A DNA stretch of 64,000 nt from Raja brachyura (GCA_963514005.1 OY740783.1:53506001-53570000), one strand, 5' to 3'; shown: positions 1-12,611, numbered from the stretch's first letter. Program-made: numbers and translations. Notes: generated by a model from the sequence alone, not told the origin.

Positions 1-519
1 GGTGACATTCTGGAATTTTTTACCCCATAGGATTGTGGAGCCTGAATTATTGGGGTATTTAAAGAGGAAGCAGACATTTTAGAAAGATATGGGAATGGGG
101 GGCTATGGGGAACGGACACCAAAGAAAGATTCGTGATGATCATATGAATCATTAAGCAGGGGCAGGCTTGAGGGGTGGAGTGGCCTAATTCTGCTGTTAT
201 ATTCATAATAATGTTTAATTTTGTTTTTTGGTTTAGTTCATTGTCACGTGTTCCGAGGCATAGTGAAAAGCTTTTGATTACAATCGAGCCATCCACGGTG
301 TATAAATGCATGATAAAGGGATTAATGTTTAGCGCAAGGTAAAGTCCAGTAAAGTCCAATAAAAATAGTCTGAGGGTCTCCAGTGAGGCAGATAGTGGCT
401 CAGGACTGCACTCTGGTCATTGTTAGGATGGTTCCGTTGCCAAATATCAGTTTGGAAGAAACTGTTCCTGAAGCTATAGGGGTGTGCTTCCAATGTTGAA
501 GGTCTTACCATATTCCAAA

Positions 520-800
520 TGTTTTGGGTTCAGGTTTCATTCTAGAGACTTGAGTGCAAGCATCTATGCTGACACTCCAAATCAATACTGTTTTAGTGTT
601 GAAAATGCCCTTTTTCAGATAAGGCATTACACTAAAGCCCAACTGTGATCTTATTGGAATGTAAAATATCCCATGTCACTAATTTAAAGCAGAACAGTGT
701 AGTTAGCCATATTATCTGGCTAATATTTTCACTGCATTCAACATTATCTCATTATTATTAGACTGCTGTTTATGGGAGCTTGTGGTGCACAAATTAGTTA
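520..800 (+). mobile_element. Old Deu-domain SINE (SacSINE1-like)
   Basis: Degenerate match to the recalled DeuSINE consensus: gagacttgagtgc..gctgacactcc..tttcagataaggc..gtaaaatatcccatgtcacta..ctggctaatattt..gctgtttatgggagcttg. Confidence 0.65.
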
Positions 801-1019
801 TTTTCAATTGGAGAATCCAAGATGTCTATCCATGAAAATACAATAGAAGTCATACATCTCCAATATCCATGATACTGCTACTTTTACTTTTTAAGATACT
901 GGCAAAGAACATTATAACACAGTTTGTAGTCAGTTTTCCATCATACAACAAAGCTCCAAGCAAAAATAAAATAAAGCTTATTCTCCATTCTTCTTTTCAT
1001 GGTACTATTTACATTCGAG

Positions 1020-1380
1020 TTTAGAAGGGTTGTGACAGCTAGTAATATAGGAAATTCAATGTAGCCATTTTTGTACACAATCTCCCACAAACAGCATTTA
1101 ATAATAGTTATATTTAGTAATGTTGATTGAGAAACAAAAAAATTCCAGCATAATAGCAATGTGAAGTAGAGCCATAAAATCTTTTACCATTGTCTAAGAG
1201 CAGAGAGTGGTTTACTTTAATCTATCATTCAAAATACATCAAATTCAACACTCAAGCAGTCCCTCTGTCTTTCATTGGGATGTCAGCCCAGAATTTTTAT
1301 ATTCCAATCTTTTGAGTTGGATTTCAACCAGAGCCTTTTGATTTATGGACAAGAATGTGACTCAATGAACCAGAGTGGCA
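1020..1380 (-). mobile_element. Old Deu-domain SINE, inverted relative to 520-800
   Basis: Reverse complement contains gctgacatcccaatg..gagggactgc..gtaaaagattttatggctcta..gctgtttgtgggag. Confidence 0.5.
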
Positions 1381-1964
1381 GGATTACTAACTACTTGTGA
1401 TCAGTCATCTGAGTATACGAAAATGTGAAGTGCAAGTTTTTTCCAGGTATTGAATTTACACTAAGTACATTTTACTGTGATTTACGATACAGTTACATGT
1501 TTAAAATATTCAGGCACTTTGCTGGGTCTTGTAGCATTTCATAATTCACCTTACAATTTTGTAGTAGAAGCAGAAAACCTATTCATTATCATATCTTTAA
1601 AATTGGCCGCCAGGCAGATAGACCACACAGGGGTAACACTTTATTTTATCTAATCTCATGTGACCTTCAATGATCCTTGCACTTTGTGGTATAATTGCAA
1701 TCTAGCAAGCATGCACCCCAATCTTCAAATATCAATCGTGGCTCTAGTGATTAACCACAAACAATAGATGACCTTGTAATGTAATACACATCCAAGCGTT
1801 TACCTGATATCTTGCCAATCTTGGAAAAGAAGGTTGGAGTAAAAGTTGGATAAATGAGATTCGTATATAAGGGAAAATGATTTTCAATATAATTAAGTAA
1901 CCAGAATTCAATGAGTTTATGATCCTTAAGGTGCTTAGGTGTCTTAAAAGATTAAGAAAATGCT

Positions 1965-2220
1965 CACCGAGTCCGCAGCGACCAACATGTTAACACTTTT
2001 CCTACACTAGAAACATTTTGTACATTCATACCAAGCCAATTAACCTACAAACCTGAACGTCTTGGGAGTGTGGGAGGAAACCAAATTTCTTGGAGAAATC
2101 CCAGCAGGACACGGGGAGAATGTACAAACTTCACACAGGCAAGTACCCATACCCAGGATCGAACCCAGGTCTCTGGCGCTGTAAGGCAGCAACTCTACCA
2201 CTGTGTCACCGTGCCACACT
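1965..2220 (-). mobile_element. tRNA-derived V-SINE (HE1-like)
   Basis: A-box/B-box head (gtggcacggtg..ggttcgatcc) and V core (agtttgtacattctccccgtgtcc..gtttcctcccaca) on the minus strand. Confidence 0.8.
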
Positions 2221-4150
2221 AGTTGTTATTTATTAAATAAATGTTTTTATTTTCTTGACTGCTAAGCTTAATAGCTTCCATGTTGTGAATCAAAGGCAAC
2301 AAAAGTATTGGTTTTCAAAAGCATTGTGAAATTTAACCTGTGAAATTCTGCAACTTTTGAATTTCTGTGCACGCTTGTGTAAAAGCCTGTGACACTCTGC
2401 CTACCCACATTAAGTGCTCCAAAGATGGTTCATTGTGGAGTGCAATGAGGATTAGCTACTTGAGCTAATTCCCCATACGTGTGTTAAAGGAGTGCCCACC
2501 ACTTGCATACTGGGTCACCACTATCTCTTGGGCATTGCCCTAATAGAGGCTGGGGCCGCACTCTTCCGCACTTGTTTATCATACACGGTCTTTCTGGCAG
2601 GCTGGTCAATTTCAGAATATATATTCTATCCCTTTCTGAAGATTGCCACTTGAAGTCCTCATCCGAATCCCAGGAGAAATACATGTGTGACCTTATCGTC
2701 TGGTAAACCGCCACCTCAGTTATCTTTTCACTTGCACTATCTGCAGGCTATTCATTCACAAAGACTCCCAACTTAATCTCTAAATTATATGTATCCAAGT
2801 TATTGGTTGGTTTCAAACTAAAGGACTGTCTTCACTTGCATTCTTCATGTTTTTCTGCCATCCCCTTTACGTCTTGCAATTCATAGTAATCTAAGAGTTG
2901 GGTTATGGTCCAAGGAGTGGAGGGAAAAGCATGTTGAACATGATTGTGTTATCTGTAGCTTGTGAATCGAAAGAGAGAGTGGGAAGAGTGGGAAGGTGAT
3001 GTGGGAATTAAAGTAAGAACGAACATAGAGTCATAGAGCATGGAAACAGACCCTTCAGCCCAACTTATCCATGCAGACCAGGACACCATTTTCGCTAGTC
3101 GTACATTCCTACATTTAACCCATATCCCGTTAAACATCCATCTGTCATGGTTGCTCTGGTAAAGCTACTGTCTGTAAGCTGCTCGTACCTCTGGTTCTCT
3201 GTGGTTTCCTCCTGTATGAAAGTTGCTAAGCTTTGTGCAATATTTTCAGGTATTATCCTCATCTGGATTGAAGAGCTGCCAGTGTGTCCAAGCTGTGGAA
3301 TCTGTCTCTGAGTCTTGTTTCGATGTTAAATATGTGAGTCAGGGAAATTACAGGTAAATTAATTGCCTGTATTAATGCCAGGTAAATTAATTAAACTGTG
3401 TCTGTGGTTAGTGGTCCAGGTGGTGCACATGTTATTTGGTGATACATTCTGCAACCTTGGGATTTAACTCCTGCCACCGACCAGCACAGCTCGTTTTTGC
3501 AACTGTCCTTGATGTTTGTTTCTAGAGGACTCAGCATTTAGACTGGTGCATGGATTCTATAGGATTAGAGGGATATGGGCCAAATGCAGGCAGGTTGGAC
3601 TAGTATAGATGGGACATGTTCATTAGTGTGGGCATGTTGGGCCGAAGTGTCTGTTTCCATGCTGTAAGACTATGACCCACTCTCTTTATGAAAGAATACA
3701 ACTTATCTCCTTTCCTACTCCTGCACCGACATCCAGTATAGTGCTAGAAAACCTGATTCTATTTTCTTCAGTCAATGTTTCCCAGATCAAAATGAGCTTC
3801 ACACATGTGTGCCAGTTCCACAACCTGAAATCACACTCTAAATCAACATGCAAAAGTAATAGCCACTAAGTCATTTACGCCTTCTATGCCATTCAATAAG
3901 TCATGGTTGGACTGGCTGTAACCTTAACATCACACTCCAGACTATTCCTGGCAGCTTTCACCTCCATGCTATTCAAGAACCTATCTATCTTTGCTTTAAA
4001 AAATGTTCAAGTACTTTACCTACAATTTCCTTGAAAGGTTAGAGGGGTATGGATCAAACACAGGCCAATATGACTAGCTGAAATGGAGTATATTAGTCAA
4101 CATGTTCAAGATGGGCCGAAGGGCCTGCATCCATGGTGTAAGGCTCCATG

Positions 4151-4785
4151 ACTTTATAACAAGAGGAATCGAATATAGGAGCAAAGAGGTTCTTCTGCAG
4201 TTGTACAGATGCCTAGTTAGACCACACCTGGAGCATTGTGTGCAGTTTTGGTCCCCTAATTTGAGGAAGGACATTTTTGTATTGAGTGAGTGCAGCGTAG
4301 GTTTACAAGGTTAATTCCCTGGATGGCGGGACTGTCATATGCTGGGAGAATGGAGCAGCTGGGCTTGTACACCCTGGAGTTTAGAAGGATGAGAGGGGAT
4401 CTCATTGAAACATATAAGAGTGTTAAGGGCTTGGACACACTAGAGGCAGGAAACATGTTCCCAATGTTGAGTGAGTACAGAACCAGGGGCCACAGTTTAA
4501 GAATAAGGAGTAAGCCATTTAGAACGGAGATGAGGAAACACTTTTTCTCACTGAGAGTGGAGAGTCTGTAGAATTCTCTGCCTCAGAGGGCGGTGGAGGC
4601 AGGTTCTCTGGATGCTTTCAAGAGAGAGCTAGATAGGGCTCTTAAAAACAGTGTAGTCAGGAGATATGGGGAGAAGACAGGAACGGGGTACTGATTGGGG
4701 ATGATTAGCCATGATCACATTGAATGGCGGTGCTGGCTCGAAGGGCCAAATGGCCTACTGCTGCACCTGCACCTATTGTCTATTG
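4151..4785 (+). mobile_element. CR1 LINE 3' fragment
   Basis: Frameshifted ORF2 C-terminus (LYRCLVRPHLEHCVQFWSP; RRMRGDLIETYK; RTRGHSLRI), 3' UTR stem-loop and ctattgt tail. Confidence 0.9.
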
Positions 4786-5155
4786 ACTAAGAGAGTTCCA
4801 AAGATTCAAAGACTTCTAGGAATGAAATAAAAACACCTTCACTGTCTTAAATAAGTGATCCCTTATCTTTAATCTGGTTCCAGATTCTCCCACAACAGAA
4901 AATATCCATTTCACATCATGTCAGATTATTTATAGATTTCAATCAGGTTTTCACTCATTCTTTTAAGTCCTGTGGTTTTAGAAAAATACTGTCCTAGCTT
5001 TTCTCATAAACTGTTAATTCCAGGTATCTGTCTGGTGAACCTTCATTGAACTGCTTCCATTGTATTTACATTCTTCTTTAAATAGAACATAGGACAGTGT
5101 AACATAGAAACAGGTTGTTTGGCCCACAAGGTCTGTGCAAACAGTGATGTCAATA

Positions 5156-5978
5156 AGCGAGTTTGGTATTCCGAAAAACACAAGGAATCATGGGTTTTGT
5201 CAAAGGTCACAAGCGATAAAAACTCTTGACAGCTGCGCCACGACATGGACATAGAACTGCGCCTCATCTGCAGCCAGGATCGATCCCGGGTCTCCGGCGC
5301 CGCAATCGCTGCTGAACCGCCACTGGACCATCCTCGTCCCCTCCCGAGTGCCCCCCCCCCCCCCCCCGGGGCTGCCAGAGACGTCGGGAGTCAGACGTGA
5401 GCGCCGCCCCTAGACCCACGGCTAGCGCGGAGAAGCAGCGCTAAATCCAGCTCAACTCTGCCTGTTAACCTGCCAGCCCTGCCTGGACATATGGGAACAA
5501 TGGCCCACGCTTACAGCCTGTGCGGAGAAGCAGCGCTAAATCCAGCTCAACTCGGCCTGTCTCGCTGGGTTAATCTACAGCCCTGCCTGGACTGATGGGA
5601 CACCAGCCCGGAGCTGTGGAGTTAGCCCTGCTTCTCCGCGCTGGCTGTAAGCCTGGGCCATCGTTCCCTTAAGTCCAGGTAGGGCTGGTAGGTTACTGGA
5701 GTTGAGCTGGATTTAGTGCTGCTTCTCCGCGCTGGCTGTGGGCCTGGGGGCACCACTCCCGTCTGACTCCCGAAGTCTGTGGCTGCCCCCGGACATGGTG
5801 GAGGGGACGGGGATGGTCCAGTGGCAGTTCGGCAGCGATTGCGGCGCCAGAGATCCGGGATCGATCCTGGCTGCAGATGAGGCGCAGTTCTATGTCCATG
5901 TCGCGGCACGGCTGCTGAGAGTGTTTTTCGCTTGTGACCTATGACCTGGGCGTGCGCAGTCGGAATACCAAACTCACT
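5156..5978. mobile_element. Foldback MITE (~820 bp) inserted in a CR1 3' UTR
   Basis: TIRs AGCGAGTTTGGTATTCCGA / TCGGAATACCAAACTCACT flanked by TA at 5154-55 and 5979-80. Long internal inverted arms at ~5200-5530 and ~5625-5945. Confidence 0.8.
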
Positions 5979-5979
5979 T

Positions 5980-7100
5980 ATTTAAAGTAATCCTATCTGC
6001 CTGCACACGGTCTATATCCTTCCAACCGTGGTCTGGTCATATGCAGGTCTAGATGTACTGTAAATGTTTTCTATCGTATCCGCTTCTTTCACCTCCTCTT
6101 GCTGTAAGTTCCAAGCACCTACCGTTCTGTTTAAAAACCTTGACTTGCATATCTCGTCAAATGGTTCCCTTCTCAATTAAATATATGCCCTTTAGTATAT
6201 GTTCTTTCCACCCTGGGAAAAAAGGCTGACTACACCATTTACGCTTCGCATAATTTTATAGACTTTTATATACACATTTATCCAACCTCTCCTTTTAGTT
6301 AATACTATCTAAACCAAGCAATATCCTGGTTAACCTCTTTTGCACCCTCTCCAAAGCCTCCAAATCTTTCCTGTGTTGCGGTGACCAGAAATGCTCGTCC
6401 AATGTGGCCTAACCGTTTTGCAGGGGCCACGGAACATTTTTGAAAGTGAGGGGGCTGAGCGATCACCGATCACCGGCCTCGGGGGTACCCGATGTGGGAG
6501 CGGAGGGAGGGTGGCACAATAATTATTTTTTGTTGTTGCTCGACCTCCAAAAACTGGGGGATAATACAGGTCATCCCCCAACTCAAAATGTGGAGCTGTA
6601 TAAAACATGGGCTGCAGCCCCCCCAGCCTCCCCCCCCCCCCGTTCCGCAGCCCATGTTTTATACAGCTCCAGCATGACTTTACAACTTTTACACTCAATG
6701 TCCTGACTGATAAAGGCAAGTATACCATATGCCTTCTTTATCATCCTATTTATTTGTGTTGCTAATTTCAGGGAACTATGTTAATGCACTCCCAAATCCA
6801 TCCGTACATCAATGCTCCTAAGGTTCCTGCCATTTACTATATACTGTTCACACATTTGACCACCAAATGCGCAACATCTCACACCTGTTTGCATTAAATT
6901 CAATCTCCATCCATATTTTTAACCAATCAATATCATACTGTATCCTTTGACAACCTTCTTCGCTATCCACAGTGTGTTATCTGTAAACTCACTGATCAGT
7001 TCACCTACATTTTCATCTGAAACATATATATCACAAAAAAGAGGTTCAGATACTGATCCCTGCAGAACACCACCAGTCACAGACCTCCGTCACTATCTTT
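5980..7100 (-). mobile_element. Degenerate CR1 LINE, interrupted by MITE and SINE insertions
   Basis: Minus-strand CR1 ORF2 motifs; the sequence continues at 5090-5155 and 7420-7550. Confidence 0.7.
6421..6656. mobile_element. Small hAT-like MITE
   Basis: Imperfect 15 bp TIRs CAGGGGCCACGGAAC / GTTCCGCAGCCCATG interrupting CR1. No clear TSD. Confidence 0.5.
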
Positions 7101-7124
7101 GTTCTTTTATGTCCAAAACAATTG

Positions 7125-7417
7125 TGTGGCACAGTGGAGCAGAGGTAGAGTTCCTGCCTTATAGCGCCAGAGACCCGAGTTCGATCTTGACTCACGGTGC
7201 TGTCTGAATGGAGTTTGCACGTTCTCCCCATGAGATATGTGGGTTTTATCCGGGTGCTCCAGTTTCCTCCCACAGGTTTGTAGGCCAATTGGCTTGGTAA
7301 TATTGTAAAATGTGCCTAAGTGTGTAGGATAGTGTTAGTGTGCGGGGATCGTTGGTCAGCGCGGACACGGTGGGGTGAAGGTCCTGCTTCCATGCTGCAT
7401 CTCTAAACGAAACTAAA
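7125..7417 (+). mobile_element. V-SINE (HE1-like)
   Basis: tRNA-like head, V core, and CR1-like 3' end with aaact tail. Confidence 0.85.
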
Positions 7418-7943
7418 CAATTTTCAATTAATTCTATCAAGTCTCTGTATATCACATTTGCCTTAATCTTTCAATCATCCAGGGACCTTGTTGAAAGTTT
7501 TGTTGCAATTCATGTAGACACCATCCATTGCTCTACCCTATCCAGGGAGACCTATATTGTTATGCTACTCCAGATGTGGTCTCACCCGTGCTCTTTTATA
7601 ACTGAACCATTACTTTGAACAGTACAACAGAGGAACAGGCCCTTAAGCCCACAATGTCAATCCCAGATATTATGTCAAATTAAATTAATCTTCTTGGCCC
7701 ACACATGATCCATATCCCTCTATGCCTATTTCTAAGCCTCTTCAGTGCCATTGTCCTATCTTCCTCCTCCACCACCCCTAGCAGCCTGTTCCGGGCCCCC
7801 TACACTTTATGTGCAAAATAACATGCCCTGCACATCTCCTTTAAATGTTGCCCCTATCACCTTAAAGCTATGCCCTCTGCTCTTTGACATTTCCGCCCTG
7901 GGAAAAAAAGGGGGGAGTAATTGAAACAATGAAGTACACGCAC

Positions 7944-8048
7944 TTTATCGCCTTCTTCCACTTCGCAGATTTTCTCCCCCGTGGCCGGGTTCCAGGTTGC
8001 GAACTGTTTGCCGCTGCTGGATTCATGCCATTCATTATTTATGAAGAT
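7944..8048 (-). CDS. ALDH1A3: ALDH1A3-like coding exon 2 (105 bp)
   Basis: Polypyrimidine tract and cag acceptor at 8051-8049; donor gtgcgt at 7943. Encodes [35 protein letters not shown], in frame with exon 1. Close to human ALDH1A3 [35 protein letters not shown]; the WHES, FAT and VEEGDK residues favour 1A3 over 1A2. Confidence 0.93.
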
Positions 8049-8451
8049 CTGCGACAAAAAAAAAAGCAAACACTTGCAAATGGCTAGAACCGGCACGGCG
8101 GGCGTGCTGAGAGCCCGAGACATCACGGTGCAGCTCCCTGTCGTCAGGATGCGGGCATCCAAGTGTTACTGATGACTTGGAGTAAATAAGTAACAACCAG
8201 TGAGTGGTTCCATTTGAAGATTGACCTGATTTTCAAGTTGATACTGAACGCGCGGGTCTCAAGGTTACTGATCGTCATACTTCCTAATATTGAGGGAAAC
8301 ACAAAGAGCTTGAGGAAACACGGGTAGCTGCCGGTATTGGAGTAATTCAGCGAGTTGGGCAGCAACTGCGGAGGGAATGGACAGGTTACATTTCAGCTCG
8401 GGGACTCTGCTGCAGACTGTTGCCAAAGCGACACGAAACACCCGCCTGTCC

Positions 8452-8485
8452 GGTCTGAAGAAGGGTCCCGACCCGAAACGTCGCC
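8452..8485 (+). ncRNA. Minimal hammerhead ribozyme motif in a Penelope-derived repeat (~8450-8575), ALDH1A3 intron 1, antisense to the gene
   Basis: ggt-CTGAAGA-A-GGGT(cccg)ACCC-GAAA-CGTC-gcc: catalytic boxes, stem II, palindromic ACGT stem III, GUC triplet and a 3 bp stem I. Confidence 0.65.
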
Positions 8486-9091
8486 TGCCCATCTCTCCAC
8501 CGTTGCTGCCTGGCCCACTGAGTTTCTCCAGCACTTTGTGTTTTGCTTAAGTTTCCAGCATCATCAGTTTCTCGTGTCGCTCTACTTTCTAATGTTTATT
8601 TTGTGTTAAAGATCGTGGCAAATTGAAGGGAGCTTTGACCCCGTAATCCCAAAATATCAATTTGAGAAGAGGGGCGGGGAAGAATTGATGCCCCGATAGA
8701 CCTACTGTCTGCCCTTTAGTGTCTGGGCAGGTGGCTCCCATACGCGTCCGGCGAGGTAGCTGATCAGGCGCAAGTCAGGACTTTCACCTAGTGCTTTTCT
8801 TTCCCAATCAGAAAATGTAATTGAAAACAACTTCAATATTAACCACCCTGACTCCCCCCCCCCCCCCCCCTCCCCTCCCGATCACGCCAATGAAATGCAA
8901 AAAGGAAAAGCTATGAGCCCGATATAATTTGTGAGGGCTCTTTTTCCACGTTAAGAACAGGTTTAAAGTGCATGGAGTTGGATTTCATTGAGGTTACAAT
9001 GGAAGAGAGGGGTAACTCGGCGCTCGGGAGTTGCTCATGGCCGGGAAGTTGTAGAAGTATGGAGAGTGTGGAGTGAAATGACCGCACTCAC

Positions 9092-9184
9092 CTTTGTGTG
9101 TCTGATTTCCAACTCAGCCAACGGCACGGGCGCACTAAGTGGACCTGGCGCTGTAGCTTCGCGGGCGGCTGTAGGAGCACTCAT
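9092..9184 (-). CDS. ALDH1A3: Aldehyde dehydrogenase 1 family (retinaldehyde dehydrogenase, most likely ALDH1A3), coding exon 1
   Basis: ATG at 9184-9182 in context gcaacATGa (A at -3). Encodes MSAPTAAREATAPGPLSAPVPLAELEIRHTK (31 codons), then a phase-0 donor AAG|gtgagt at 9091. This matches the ALDH1A exon 1 ending (human ALDH1A3 ...LEVKFTK). CpG-rich surroundings. Confidence 0.88.
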
Positions 9185-9520
9185 GTTGCGCTGGTTCGCT
9201 TGTGTTCCTGGAGTGGTACAGTTCAGGTTCAGGCACAATCAAGCTCTCCAAATAATATTCTCTCCCCCCCCCCCCCCCACCCCTTCCAAAAAATAAAACC
9301 CGAAATATTTGCAGTACTTTCCTGCTCTTGCTGTCAGTCGCAAGGTGTTGAAACAGAGTTATTAAACACTGGGAACATTCGTTGGAAGCGATTGGCTGAA
9401 AGTGCGATACAATACATGGTGCGTCCAAAGGGCAAGTCCACACCCCTCATCAGCGCCACATAGAACAAGCCAAGTCACGGCTGCTTGAAACAACATTCAT
9501 GATCTTTCCAATCAGTACTT
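9185..9520 (-). promoter_or_regulatory. Putative 5' UTR and core promoter of ALDH1A3
   Basis: Minus-strand TATA-like TTTAATAA at 9366-9359 and CCAAT box (cagccaatcg) at 9395-9391. A second CCAAT lies on the plus strand near 9508. CpG is retained across ~7950-9480. Confidence 0.6.
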
Positions 9521-12126
9521 GGAACGTGAGGTTCCAACATGTGATGGTAACATATTTTGTTGCAACAACCTATTATTCAAGTAATCCTGTAAGGTCTATA
9601 CAAGATATTTGAGAGCTAAATACTTTAGCAGTTGGTTATAATACAAAATCTAAATTAAATTCGCTAAATGTACTTATAAAATGGTAAACATAGCGGTTTT
9701 TTTTAGCAATAGGCCAATTGATAGACGTCAATTAAAACCAGGATTCTAAGGGGAATGAAAGGCAGGTTTTCTTATAAAACGATTGTTAGAAACACACGCA
9801 CAAAAACCTTGCATATGCTGCAAATCTGAAACAAAAAAAACCCAGATAATGTTGACAGCACTCAACTGGTCTGGGAGCAGTTGGGCAAAAGGAAACAGTT
9901 AATGTTTCAGGTCCTGGCCCCTGCATCAGGCCCTGTATTTGTAGAGCACCTTTCACGAAAATGAAATGTCCATAATATTCTACATTCAATAGCATATCAT
10001 AGAAAACTAGTAACTCTTGTAATGTAGGAAACAAATGAACCAATAGTTATGCATCCCGGAATAATTGGTGATGTCATTGTGTATTAATAAACTACTGACC
10101 AATATATTAGTCATAGGAATGTAAGGTAAAGCATCCGAATTCACCATAGCACAAAGCTTGCACCTTTGATATGCAGTGAAGAGGATAATGGTTGATTGCA
10201 AGACCATTCTTGCAGGCAAGATGGTCATAAACCAGCAGTCAAATGTTAATACAGAGAAAGTGGGAACAGATAGATCATGGCAGACAGAATGCGAGATAAC
10301 GGAAAGTGACCACAACAATTCTGAGGAGTGTGAGACACGGAAAACATAGATGCCGATGCGGAAAAGTCCTTCAAAGTAACTTGGTTCATAAATGCAGACA
10401 GAAAGAACAAATGCAGCCTATGTGAACCTATTGGACCACAGGCGGAATTTCAGCCCCAAGGTTAGACTGAAAAAAAATGAGGCTATTCTCTTTGGAATAA
10501 ATATGGTTGAGATGAAATTCGAGAAATACATAAGATCATGACTGATTTAGAATGGGTAAAATAGAGGCAAGGTATTCCCATTAGTTCAACAAACTACAAG
10601 CATACACTTGAATTGTCAAGGTATAGAAGGCCACAGGGCAAGGGTAAATCAATATGGTTAGTATAGATACTCAGCATGCATATTTTGGGCTGAAAGGTCT
10701 GTTTCTCTTTTTGCAGAACTTTGGGACATAGAGGAACAGATGTAATATTCTGGATAAAATGTACAAGGCAGGTGTGAATAAAAACGTCTTTATACCAAGG
10801 TTATGACCTGTAGGGATTGTGGAAACAAAATCAGTAAGTGCTTTCAAAAGCACTTCAGGGATAATAATTTGTAGCGATATGGGTTTAGAGCAGGGAAATA
10901 TGACTGGCCGGAGTGCTCTATTAGGAATCTGTAAGGGACTCAATGGGTCAAATCATTTATTGTAGTGCTGTAATGATCCTGTAATTCTAAGATCCATTTG
11001 CACACATTAAGGTCATACAAACAGCATTGTGATAAAACTGGACAGTTTGTCATTTCAGTCATATTAAGAAGTAGTGCTCCTGACGTAAGATTTTATTTAA
11101 AAAGTATCTTGGATTGTTTTTCTATGCTAAAATTGTTTTATAATTTTGACATAGCACTATTTGTTGTTCTTGTTACTGCAATAACATGGCTCACTTGGTA
11201 CCTTACACTCTTGAAAATTATTTATCCTCTTTGCAAATTACATTTTTGGAATCCCCAAGTGTCAGCATAGATTTTGATCTTGTCTCTGATTTGAAGATGA
11301 CAGTGGTACATACCATTAAGTCTAGAGTTCTCTGTGACCCCTGAGTGACTTCTATGCCATGTGAGAAAAGCTGACAAGGGTGTGGTTGGCAAGGGGGGAA
11401 TAGGAAAAGATAAACCCAATGAGGGCACCTCCTTCCAAAATGCATGGAGCATGGTCTTGACATGACTAGTAGCCTGTTTGGTTAGAGTGATAATCACAAA
11501 AACCTCCTGGCAGCCCTCCAGTCTAGTCACTGGCATCTGTTATATTACATGATTGACTGAGCAAAGTTCCACCCAGATGCAGGACAGAATGCCACAGGAG
11601 ATCCTTCTTTCCTGTGGCAATCAGACTTTACAACTCCTCTCCCTTCTGTCGTGGGGTAGACTGAGACTGACTCCCCTCCCCCACCCCTACCCAATCTTTG
11701 CACATCCCCCAAGCCTTTAATTACATGTTTCATGTATTTTGTGTTTATTCTATCATTGGCAGATCAATTTCCCTCCTGGGATAATATTCTATCATATCGT
11801 ATCGTATATCTAGGTCATGAAAGATACCTACGGTTATTAGAATGATCACTAACCATCAACAATATACCAAATCACTAGCAACACCAAAAACATACCTGCT
11901 GGAAAATCTATGTTGAACCCTGAAGAACTGTGCAAAGGCGGCTCTTTTCAATTTTAACTCAGCTAAGGAGTGCCATTGAGTGCCCACAGCATCTAGGCAG
12001 CCCTAAGGTCCACCACATATGGTGAAAATACAATTTATGAATTCTGAATATAATATATTTCATAATATGAAAAGGGTATTTCCACAAATAAAACCAGGAC
12101 TGATTTGATGAGAATTAACAGGAAGG

Positions 12127-12440
12127 TACAGTGGAGCAGCAGTAGAGTTTCTGCCTTACGGCGCTTGCAGCTCCTGAGACCCGAGTTAAATCCCAACTAA
12201 GGGTGCTGTCTGTACGGAGTTTGTATGATCTCCCCGTGACCTGCATGGGTTTTCTCTGAGACCTTCAGTTTCCTCCCACACTCCAAAGACGTACAGGTAT
12301 GTAGGTAAATTGGCTTGGTATAAGTGTAAATTATCCCTGGTGTGTGTAGGATTGTGTTAATGTGCACGGATCGCTGATCGGCGCGGACTCGGTGGGCCAA
12401 AGGGACTGCTTCCGTGCTGTATCTCTAAACTAAACTAAAC
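12127..12440 (+). mobile_element. V-SINE (HE1-like)
   Basis: tRNA head, V core and (aaact)n tail. Confidence 0.85.
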
Positions 12441-12611
12441 AGGAGATTGAGAAGATAATCAACCACAAATGCAGATTTTTCCTGTATTGGAAACTACCAA
12501 ATCAAGATTCAAGATTCAAGAGAATTTATTGTCTTGTGTCCCAGATAGGACAATGAAATTCTTGCTTTGGAAAGACCAAGGGAAAGAACGCAGAATATAG
12601 AAAGTACTACA

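Noticed and set aside
7125-7200. tRNA genes at SINE heads (also 12127, 31943, 47245)
   Set aside because: A and B boxes run directly into the V-SINE core; no complete cloverleaf.
1-7943. ALDH1A3 exon 3 (expected DVDKAV..SPWR)
   Set aside because: No matching peptide seen on the minus strand; it probably lies beyond the left edge.
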